A DNA stretch of 27,137 bases from assembly GCA_022729285.1 (NCBI GenBank), contig JALDAI010000001.1, forward strand, positions 1-27,137, in the 5' to 3' direction. Below the pieces are notes generated by a model. That model searched no databases. It was not told where the DNA came from and was given only the letters and a program-made list of their open reading frames with translations. The translations under genes and the position numbers were made by a program. This stretch comes from Candidatus Nanoanaerosalina archaeon. Its GTDB lineage: Archaea; Nanohalarchaeota; Nanosalinia; Nanosalinales; Nanoanaerosalinaceae. Position 1 is the first letter of the stretch, and every line of letters starts with the position of its first letter. Positions 18,947-26,191 of the stretch are shown here, piece by piece.

Positions 18947-19341
18947 TCAACCACCTCGATAACTCCTTCATTGTTCCTCAAAAAGTTTTCACCACCGGTT
19001 ATACTTCCATTAACGGTTTGAGCAGAAGTAGATGAGAACACGGTTCTTCCTCTCCACCTAACAACTATCTCTCCACCGATTATTTCAACCGAATACTCAT
19101 GTCCATCAACTGTTTCAGGGATCCTAAAATTTCTGTAAAAACCATCACCCTTAGCTAAAACCATGTCAAGTTCATAACCTATCCTGTCAGCTATCCTAAC
19201 ACCTTCAACAGACTCCTGGTGGCTCTGAAGAAATGATCTATGGTCCATGATAGAAGATAAAGTTACAGCGAAAAACACCATTATGAAAACGAACATAACA
19301 ACGAACTCAAGAGACGCCTGGCCTTTTTTGGAGTTACTCAT
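18943..19341 (-). CDS. Class III signal peptide protein (minor pilin, QASLEF-type)
   Basis: MSNSKKG|QASLEFVVMFVFIMVFFAV with E+5. ATG at 19341; the track's longer 5' extension overlaps the previous gene. Confidence 0.83.
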   Translation of the reverse strand: MSNSKKGQASLEFVVMFVFIMVFFAVTLSSIMDHRSFLQSHQESVEGVRIADRIGYELDMVLAKGDGFYRNFRIPETVDGHEYSVEIIGGEIVVRWRGRTVFSSTSAQTVNGSITGGENFLRNNEGVIEVVE

Positions 19342-19759
19342 AACTGATCTCAACATAATCACCTTTAGACTCAACAACAACCTTGTAAACCCCTCCGTTA
19401 CCAGGTATCTCGCCTTGTAAAGGGAAATCAAGCTCAGTGTAGTACTCCGATTCAGAGCCTCCCTTGTCCAAGACGTACATAAAGTAGTTGTCAGATGTTT
19501 CAGAGTATACAACAGAAGTCGGTAGCTCAACTTCAAAAGTTATCTTTGTACCGGAGCCACGGGAATAAACTCTCCGTACACCGCTTTCGATATGATCCAT
19601 AGACCTTACTAAACGTTCTGTATCCCTTGAATCCTCCAAAGAACCAACCATATCTCTAGAGTACGATATAAGAGGAACAACTAGTAGAAGAGCTATACTT
19701 ACAATAATCATGTACTCCAGACCGGACTGAGCCCTCCGAGAGACAAAACCTTTAACCAT
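19334..19759 (-). CDS. Class III signal peptide protein (minor pilin, QSGLEY-type)
   Basis: RRA|QSGLEYMIIVSIALLLVVPLI with E+5. ATG at 19759, about 23 nt below a TTTTATAC box. Confidence 0.83.
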   Translation of the reverse strand: MVKGFVSRRAQSGLEYMIIVSIALLLVVPLISYSRDMVGSLEDSRDTERLVRSMDHIESGVRRVYSRGSGTKITFEVELPTSVVYSETSDNYFMYVLDKGGSESEYYTELDFPLQGEIPGNGGVYKVVVESKGDYVEISYE

Positions 19760-19781
19760 CAAATAACTTTTCGGTATCAAG

Positions 19782-19789
19782 GTATAAAA
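19782..19789 (-). promoter_or_regulatory. Putative TATA box of the five-gene minor-pilin operon
   Basis: TTTTATAC on the minus strand in the 59-nt divergent gap before the SPOUT gene. Confidence 0.45.
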
Positions 19790-19818
19790 CTTCTTCCAGC
19801 AGACACTTCTTTAAAAAA

Positions 19819-20616
19819 ATGGTAGAGCAACAAAAATATATGGAACTACTTATACCATCAACCTTTGCAGCTGACGAAAGAGATATGAAAGCAAGAGCTG
19901 TAAAGTACGGACTTTTAGCAAGGACAGCATCTATTTTCGGAGTTGAAAAAATAGTTATCTACGAAGACTTCGACGAAAAACTTAACACAGAAAGAAGCGC
20001 CGAAATAATGGAGAAATACCTTAATTATGCAGAAGTACCTCCATACCTTAGAAAAGACTTGATTCCTTTCGACAGAGATCTAAAGTATGCTAATATTATG
20101 CCAGCTTTACAGACAGAGTCACACGGCTATTCAGACAAGTTTAGAGAAGCCGTAGTAGAAAAAGTTGAGAACGGTAAAGCAACTCTTAAAGCAGGTTTGA
20201 AGAACAAATTAACTATGTACGGAGATTATGAAAAAGGCGAAAGAGTCACTGTTAAAGTGATAGGAGTGGACGAAGCTCAGCCTATAAGTAAAGAAGACAT
20301 ACCGAAGTACTGGACATACGAAGTTGAAAACAGGAGAGAAGGCCTAGGCACCTTACTTGAAGAAAACGATAAACCGGTGATAGTTACATCAGCACACGGA
20401 GACGACTACCGAGAAGCCAGTATAGATCAGAAAACCGTAGAAAACTCTAAGATTGTCTTTGGAAGTGCTTGGAGAGGTATACCTTCCATGTTGGAAAGAG
20501 GAGACCTTGAAGAAAAACATTTCGACCACATAGTAAATACCGTTCCAGAACAGAACACTAAAACAGTTAGAACCGAAGAAGCTCTTTTCATAAGCTTTTC
20601 ACGCCTTATGGTTTGA
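19819..20616 (+). CDS. SPOUT-class putative RNA methyltransferase (MTH1/C9orf114 family)
   Basis: LLIPST, LARTASIFGVEKIVIYED, YAEVPPYLRK, IVFGS, NTVPEQNTKTVRTEEA. Confidence 0.85.
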   Translation: MVEQQKYMELLIPSTFAADERDMKARAVKYGLLARTASIFGVEKIVIYEDFDEKLNTERSAEIMEKYLNYAEVPPYLRKDLIPFDRDLKYANIMPALQTESHGYSDKFREAVVEKVENGKATLKAGLKNKLTMYGDYEKGERVTVKVIGVDEAQPISKEDIPKYWTYEVENRREGLGTLLEENDKPVIVTSAHGDDYREASIDQKTVENSKIVFGSAWRGIPSMLERGDLEEKHFDHIVNTVPEQNTKTVRTEEALFISFSRLMV

Positions 20617-20674
20617 TAAAACCAAGTTTGAAACAACATAAGTGTTTATAAAACTTTGTTTTAGTATAAGGATT

Positions 20675-20875
20675 ATGCCGGAAAAAAACTACTGGATAGT
20701 TGAGAAAGTAGGAGACAAAGCCAATCTTTCAGTCTGCTCAGAAGAAGAAGCGAAATACTTAATGAAATCAGAAGACTGCGAAGACTGGATGGTTGCACCA
20801 GCAACCGAACAAAGCAAAGAAGATATGGAACAACGGATTGACGACCACGGATTAGAGTTTGACCCATGGATCTGA
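20675..20875 (+). CDS. Small acidic hypothetical protein (66 aa)
   Basis: ATG at 20675 with AT-rich TATA-like sequence upstream. MPEKNYWIVEK...FDPWI. Confidence 0.55.
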   Translation: MPEKNYWIVEKVGDKANLSVCSEEEAKYLMKSEDCEDWMVAPATEQSKEDMEQRIDDHGLEFDPWI

Positions 20876-20972
20876 TAAAAGAAGTTAAGGATGTTTTAGA
20901 AGGGTTTTTTACAGCCTCACCGGGTATAACAGTGTTATACCTTACTATAACGGCGTTATACTTGATTAAAGG

Positions 20973-21326
20973 TTAACAGAACTCAACTTTATCGCCGATT
21001 TTAACGCCTTTTTCTTGTAAAAGACCTGATTCAACTTCCAGTATATATTTACACATAATATCAGGACGGTAAATCCTCCATGTTTTAGGTGATAAGCTGA
21101 TAGGTTTTACATCCTCATTAATAGTTACTACTTCTAACTCTTTTGATATAAACGCTAAATCCAATGGATACTTCATAAAAGGCATCCAAACACCGTACTT
21201 ATCCTCCACATCGAACTTTAGGAGAGCTCTACCCTCTTCTTTAAACATCAACCCTTTCATCTTACTGAAATAAGAATCCAGTAATTCAACATCACTAATT
21301 AACTCTCCACCTATCCTAACCTTCAT
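20973..21326 (-). CDS. DUF192 family protein
   Basis: KGLMF, WMPFMKYPLDLAFI and YILEV.SG motifs. 117 aa, no signal peptide. Confidence 0.85.
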   Translation of the reverse strand: MKVRIGGELISDVELLDSYFSKMKGLMFKEEGRALLKFDVEDKYGVWMPFMKYPLDLAFISKELEVVTINEDVKPISLSPKTWRIYRPDIMCKYILEVESGLLQEKGVKIGDKVEFC

Positions 21327-21332
21327 TTAGAA

Positions 21333-21620
21333 TCAGTCTCTTAGCTCTTCAGGAACTTTTAAATCCGGATTATCTTCTAATACAGGTTTTATAGCTTTTT
21401 TAATAATTATTTTAGCAGTTCCAAAACCTAATTCTTTGTAGCTGTTGTAAAGATGTTCAAAAACTTTTTCACCGTTTTCTGATAGCTCTAAAACATTTCC
21501 GTCATCATCAACCTTTAGTCCTTCAACCTTTTTGTTGGCCGTAGTAATAGCAACTTTTTTCACAATCTTCTTCTCTTCCTTTACAACCTTTTCTATAAGC
21601 TCTTTATACTTCTCTGACAT
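21333..21620 (-). CDS. Small soluble hypothetical protein (95 aa)
   Basis: Helical protein with VEGLKVDDDGNV and a C-terminal LKVPEEL. ATG directly abuts the upstream TAG. Confidence 0.7.
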   Translation of the reverse strand: MSEKYKELIEKVVKEEKKIVKKVAITTANKKVEGLKVDDDGNVLELSENGEKVFEHLYNSYKELGFGTAKIIIKKAIKPVLEDNPDLKVPEELRD

Positions 21621-21923
21621 CTAAACACCTGTGATTTCTTTTATATAAGGCACAATACCTGTGAAAAAGAAGGTAAGCCCTACTATTTTCAGTACATTTG
21701 TGAAAAAGTTAAAGTGGTGGGTTGCTTGTTGGAAAATTATTCTGTACATACCGAATATTTCTGAAAAAGCGAAAAAGAAAAGTCCGAAACAGATATTTTT
21801 CCACATAACAGGGACTTCTCCTACGTAGTCGTAAAGATGTTTCAGCGCTAACAAAGTTAAAATAAACGCTAAAACAGGAATGATCACATTTGAAACAGCT
21901 AGAAAAATGTTTAAATCATTCAT
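21621..21923 (-). CDS. Small membrane protein (about 3 TM)
   Basis: Three hydrophobic segments and WKNICFGLFFFAFSE. ATGA overlap with the upstream gene. Confidence 0.7.
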   Translation of the reverse strand: MNDLNIFLAVSNVIIPVLAFILTLLALKHLYDYVGEVPVMWKNICFGLFFFAFSEIFGMYRIIFQQATHHFNFFTNVLKIVGLTFFFTGIVPYIKEITGV

Positions 21924-22285
21924 ATCCTACTCATCCTCCTGTAAAAAACTCCTACTGTTACTAGGATAAACATGTATCCCGGTAGTTTTGTTATATCAGA
22001 TGCTAAAGCATAGCTAACGTAGTAAAGATTTGTTGTAGGCGCTTGAGTAAGTATAACAGCGTTATGTACCCAGTTCAAAAGGTATGAGATAGTTAAAAAT
22101 ACAAAACCTACTAGTAGGTAGCTTAAAACATGGTGTTCATTGAACTCTAGATCTTCTTCTCTGAAAAACACGAGTATATGGTAAGCTAAAACCATGTATA
22201 TAAGCGCCGGTACAAGAGAGGACGCATGGAAAGGAATATTTAAACCGCTTAAAGCGTTAAGAATTCCGCTAATAATCTCTACCAC
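21920..22285 (-). CDS. Small membrane protein (about 3 TM)
   Basis: Three hydrophobic segments. Overlaps both neighbours. Confidence 0.65.
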   Translation of the reverse strand: MVEIISGILNALSGLNIPFHASSLVPALIYMVLAYHILVFFREEDLEFNEHHVLSYLLVGFVFLTISYLLNWVHNAVILTQAPTTNLYYVSYALASDITKLPGYMFILVTVGVFYRRMSRI

Positions 22286-22679
22286 CTCTTACAAGGTAGG
22301 CAACATAGCCTACTGCGCTGGAACCAACTACCCAGGAAAACATAAAGTCTCCTTGGAACTTGTAAAAACTGTATATCCCAACAAAACCGGAAACTGTCAA
22401 GTAAGTTGCCGCTAAGATAACAAAAGAAGACATTATAGATGTGAAAAATGTTTCAAAAACCTCTAAGTCTCCGAATAACATCCTAGAGAAAGGGTAACCA
22501 ACGAAAAACATTACAGCAAAAACCGCTATGTTTTCAGCTAAAAGCATCGGTAACGTTCTTGAAACCTCCATTGTAGAAACAATAATCGATAATTCAGGTG
22601 CAACCGATTCTGCGGTTAAAAAAGCCACCAACCCTACCAATACGGTTAAAACACCGAAAAATTTGTAGGACTCGTCCAT
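22269..22679 (-). CDS. Small membrane protein (about 4 TM)
   Basis: Four hydrophobic segments. First gene of a tight operon, with an AT-rich TATA-like element upstream. Confidence 0.68.
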   Translation of the reverse strand: MDESYKFFGVLTVLVGLVAFLTAESVAPELSIIVSTMEVSRTLPMLLAENIAVFAVMFFVGYPFSRMLFGDLEVFETFFTSIMSSFVILAATYLTVSGFVGIYSFYKFQGDFMFSWVVGSSAVGYVAYLVRGGRDY

Positions 22680-22731
22680 AGAAAAATTTTACCGTTTACT
22701 GTATAAATATTTAGGGATTTAATCCGTTGTT

Positions 22732-24321
22732 TCAGCCGTTTTTCTCGAAGTGGTTGATTATCAGCTTGCTTAACTCATTGAAGTTACTTTCCAGCTTTTC
22801 AAACTCTTCTCGAGGAACAGTTTCCTCTTTCAACTTTCTGATCTCTTCTTTTAACTCATTAGAAGGCTCAGTAGAAGTACTTTTGCTCTGAGTTTCATTC
22901 TTTAACTTTTCTTCAACTTTTTCAAGCCTACTACTTACTTCTTCACTAACACTACTTTCAGAAGTATTCTCCAGCTTTTCTTCAAGGCTTTTTATCCTCT
23001 TATCGAAGCTGTTCAAAGCAGAACTTTTCTCATCTAACCTGTCTACATAATCCTGTTTTAACTCTTCTTTAACTTCTTCTAACCTATCCTCAATGTTTAC
23101 AGAGTCTTCATTACTTTTTCCATCTTCAAAGTCTTGTTTTAGCTCAGTAAATCTTTCATTAAGAGTTTTTACTTCTTCTTTCAACTCTTTATTATCATCC
23201 GATCTTACTCTCTCATCAAAGTCTTCTCTTAAATTTTGGAGCCTTTCTTCTACTTTTTCTAACCGGTTCTTTTCAACAAACTTTTCAGAACCAGCATCTT
23301 TTTCACTGATTTCTTCTTCTAAATACTCCAATCTTTCCCTTAGGTTTTCAACAGTATCATCATTAAAACTTTCTTCAACTCTTTTCTCAATATCTTCAAT
23401 TTTCCCTTCAAAACTTTCTATAACAGAAGTTTTCTCATCAATCCTTCCGTCTATTTTTTCCAAAATTTCTTCCTCTACTTCCTGTAACTCCTCTAATTTT
23501 AGGCTTTCAACCTCTTCTTCTAAACTGTTGAACTTTTCCTTGAACTCTGAAAAATCGGATTTAACGCTTTGTACTTTTTCTCCTAACTCATTCTCTCTTA
23601 GCTGCTCTAACGCTTCTTCAACATCTCTATAATTATCCTTAAGATTTTCAATGGTTTTTTCAAGCTTTGAAACTTTCTTAAAGACTTCATCATAATAGAT
23701 TACGTCTTCTAAATCCCCGTTTTTTATTTTAACTATTTGAGAAAGTGTTGCTTCAAACTCGCCTTTTGTAACAACATTAGGCTTAACTTCTTGGAATGTT
23801 CCAAGGCTCTGCTCAATTTCATCAATCCTGTTTTCAAACTGTTCAAAACGTTTGTCAACCCCTCTTTCAAAGAAGGATTCTCTGATACCGTGTTTTTCTA
23901 AAAGATCTTCTACATCGGATTCATCAGTTTTATCAGCTACAACAGTATCTAAATCAGTTAAAACATGTCCTAACTCTGCGCTCATACTTTCGATATCCGT
24001 CCAGATATCTTCTAAATCAACATGCATTCTCTCAACTTTTTCCTCAAGCTCTTGGCAGCTGTGGCTTTGTTCAGAATCTTTTATCTCAGAGCTTTCATCT
24101 GATGGCTGGAAACCTATTACTTGTAGGTCGCTTTTAACCCTGTCCAACTCTTTCTCCAACTTTTTAAACTCCTGCTCTAAGTTCTCTAGGTCGCTGATCT
24201 TGTTTCTGTTAACTCTTGACCGTGAATCAACTGTTCTCATAGCATCTTCCAGGTTTCTACCCGGAACACTTCCTTCTTCCTGAAACTTTACATTATCCGT
24301 TTTTTCTGACAAAGTAACCAC
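22732..24321 (-). CDS. Long coiled-coil protein (529 aa), paralog of 26192-26824
   Basis: E/K-rich heptads throughout, no Walker motifs or TM, N-terminal SRSRVNRNKISDLE motif. GTG start is uncertain (ATG at 24240 is an alternative). Confidence 0.8.
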   Translation of the reverse strand: MVTLSEKTDNVKFQEEGSVPGRNLEDAMRTVDSRSRVNRNKISDLENLEQEFKKLEKELDRVKSDLQVIGFQPSDESSEIKDSEQSHSCQELEEKVERMHVDLEDIWTDIESMSAELGHVLTDLDTVVADKTDESDVEDLLEKHGIRESFFERGVDKRFEQFENRIDEIEQSLGTFQEVKPNVVTKGEFEATLSQIVKIKNGDLEDVIYYDEVFKKVSKLEKTIENLKDNYRDVEEALEQLRENELGEKVQSVKSDFSEFKEKFNSLEEEVESLKLEELQEVEEEILEKIDGRIDEKTSVIESFEGKIEDIEKRVEESFNDDTVENLRERLEYLEEEISEKDAGSEKFVEKNRLEKVEERLQNLREDFDERVRSDDNKELKEEVKTLNERFTELKQDFEDGKSNEDSVNIEDRLEEVKEELKQDYVDRLDEKSSALNSFDKRIKSLEEKLENTSESSVSEEVSSRLEKVEEKLKNETQSKSTSTEPSNELKEEIRKLKEETVPREEFEKLESNFNELSKLIINHFEKNG

Positions 24322-24486
24322 CGAAACAAATTAAGTAAACAAGTTTTTCCTACTATAAGCTCACAAACAAAGGAAATTTCTTGTTTTAACCGTATAAGAA
24401 AAATTGTTGGAACTCCCTTAAATAATTAGGACATACAATGTTCCGGAAGGGGAAAAAACTTAACTAACTACCACCTAAAACTGTTT

Positions 24487-25068
24487 ATGATACTTTCAGA
24501 CAGAGAGATTAAGAAACTTGTTGAAGACAAAAAAGCTGTCAGCACAAAAAAAGGACCTTCCATAAATATGGACAAACAGTTAGGCCCTTCTTCTTTAGAT
24601 CTTAGACTTGGATACACTTTCGGGATATTAAACACAAGAAAGGTCGAGATGATCGATACGAAGGATATGTCTAAGTACAACCAGTACATAGAGGAGGAGA
24701 AACACTCTTCAGAGGACGGCGTTATAGTTCATCCAGGTGAGTTCATCCTTGGAACAACTCTTGAAACAGTTGACATGCCTGACGACATAGTTGGTAGGGT
24801 TGAAGGACGTAGCTCTTACGGAAGACTAGGTATAATAATCCATACCACAGCAGGTTTTATAGATAGCGGTTTCAAGGGGCAGATAACGTTAGAGATACAG
24901 AACCTTGGTAACGTTCCTGTAAAAATATATCCTGAGGACAGGATCTGCCAGATAGCTTTTGAAACAATGAGTTCTCCTGCTAAAACTCCTTACGGCAAGA
25001 AAACTGATTCTAAGTATATGAACCAGGAAGGAGCTACTTTTAGTAGATTAAAAAATGAGAAAAGGTAA
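24487..25068 (+). CDS. dcd: dCTP deaminase (trimeric dUTPase-fold family), copy 1
   Basis: MILSDREI, PSSLDLRLG, HPGEFILGTTLE, EGRSSYGRLG, HTTAGFIDSGFKGQITLEI, RICQIAF, SKYMNQ. Confidence 0.93.
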   Translation: MILSDREIKKLVEDKKAVSTKKGPSINMDKQLGPSSLDLRLGYTFGILNTRKVEMIDTKDMSKYNQYIEEEKHSSEDGVIVHPGEFILGTTLETVDMPDDIVGRVEGRSSYGRLGIIIHTTAGFIDSGFKGQITLEIQNLGNVPVKIYPEDRICQIAFETMSSPAKTPYGKKTDSKYMNQEGATFSRLKNEKR

Positions 25069-25087
25069 GGTAAAATAATGTGAAAAG

Positions 25088-25104
25088 AAGGCCGTTTAGG
25101 CCTT
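25088..25104. terminator. Small hairpin between convergent genes
   Basis: AAGGCC-gttta-GGCCTT, extendable with a bulge, flanked by A/T runs, between the dcd stop and the 25127 stop. Confidence 0.35.
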
Positions 25105-25126
25105 TCTTATTCATTGACAAAGAGAT

Positions 25127-25729
25127 TCACTCTTCTTCAGGTTCTTCTTCAAGATCTTCTTCAAGATCTTCTTCAAGCTCTCCTTCTAGTTGTTCTTGAA
25201 GCTGTTCTTCTAAGTCTTCCTGATCGATCTCATCTTCCATACCTTCTGGAGCTGGTTGCTGGGCCTGTCCCATGTCATCCAAATCCATAGGTGGGTGGAA
25301 AACGTACCTTCCATCGTTTGAGATGAAAAGACTGTCTTGCTGAGTGATCTCTTCCATCTGACCTCCCATTCCAGGAACGTTTCCTTCGATGGTTACGGTA
25401 ACCTCTAAAAGGTTTCCGAATTCAGATTCTGAGATTGATGAGACCTCTCCATCGATGTAAATCTCTTCGGAATCAAAGCCTTCCTGCTCAGCAGCCATCA
25501 TCATCTGCTCTTCCTGAGCTGCAAAATCTTGCTCAAGAAGCTCCATAACATTTGACTCGATTTCATCTTCTGAAACTTCTTCGCCAAGTTCAAGAGGCTC
25601 TGATACTACTCCTTGTTCAGCTCCGTAAAAACCTGCTAGAGCTGAAACTGTAATAAGGACTAGTGCTGCTACTACAATACCAGCTTTTTCTTTGCCATGT
25701 AATTTATCCATTAAGTTTTCTGATCCCAT
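25127..25729 (-). CDS. Membrane-anchored acidic protein with a DsbC/DsbG N-terminal-like segment
   Basis: One N-terminal TM (AGIVVAALVLITVSALAGFYGA), then VSSISE...LLEVTV...LFISNDGRYVF. No CxxC. Very acidic tail. Confidence 0.65.
   Translation of the reverse strand: MGSENLMDKLHGKEKAGIVVAALVLITVSALAGFYGAEQGVVSEPLELGEEVSEDEIESNVMELLEQDFAAQEEQMMMAAEQEGFDSEEIYIDGEVSSISESEFGNLLEVTVTIEGNVPGMGGQMEEITQQDSLFISNDGRYVFHPPMDLDDMGQAQQPAPEGMEDEIDQEDLEEQLQEQLEGELEEDLEEDLEEEPEEE
25143..25177. repeat. 12-nt tandem repeat (about 3 copies) encoding an acidic LEED repeat
   Basis: tcttcttcaaga twice plus tcttcttcaag, inside the 25127-25729 C-terminal tail. Confidence 0.7.
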
Positions 25730-25866
25730 TAAGGGGAAAATCCTTTATCCATCCTTATAAGTATTTGGGAAAATGGCTCAAAGAGCATTTAACAGATGTT
25801 TAATAGAAAATAGTAGTGTCGGGTAGGAAACAATTTAATAAGAGAACAACAAATTGTTGGTTAGTA

Positions 25867-26190
25867 ATGTCAGAAAAAGAGACTTTCCACTGTAAATACT
25901 GCGGTAAAGCCTACGAAAGTAAAAAAGCTATGCTAGGCCACCAGAACCTGCAGTGTAAGAAAAAAGGAGAATCCTCTGTAAAAGATAAAGAAGAAAATAA
26001 AGTCAGTAAAGAAAAAACCAGTGTAAAAAGCTCTGTTAGTAAGGAAAAAGTTATTGGCGAACTCCACATGGTAGAAAATAAAGGATTTACAGGGATGGTG
26101 CTCGACATAAACGGTGTCGACATCCCGGTAAAAGGCTCTTTCGAGTTTAAAGAAGGAAAAACCCTTCTATCTCTTGAAAACAGTTTCTAA
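25867..26190 (+). CDS. C2HC zinc-finger protein (107 aa)
   Basis: ATG at 25867. C-x2-C-x12-H-x4-C at 25891-25956, K/S-rich linker, beta-rich C-terminal part. Confidence 0.72.
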   Translation: MSEKETFHCKYCGKAYESKKAMLGHQNLQCKKKGESSVKDKEENKVSKEKTSVKSSVSKEKVIGELHMVENKGFTGMVLDINGVDIPVKGSFEFKEGKTLLSLENSF

Positions 26191-26191
26191 A

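Noticed and set aside
22732-24321. SMC/Rad50-type ATPase
   Set aside because: No Walker A/B, signature motif, hinge or CxxC hook. Only coiled coil.
24487-25068. Known anti-phage dCTP deaminase (AvcD-type)
   Set aside because: That family uses a zinc-dependent cytidine-deaminase fold fused to a P-loop domain. This protein has dUTPase-fold Dcd motifs, so any defence role would be a different mechanism.
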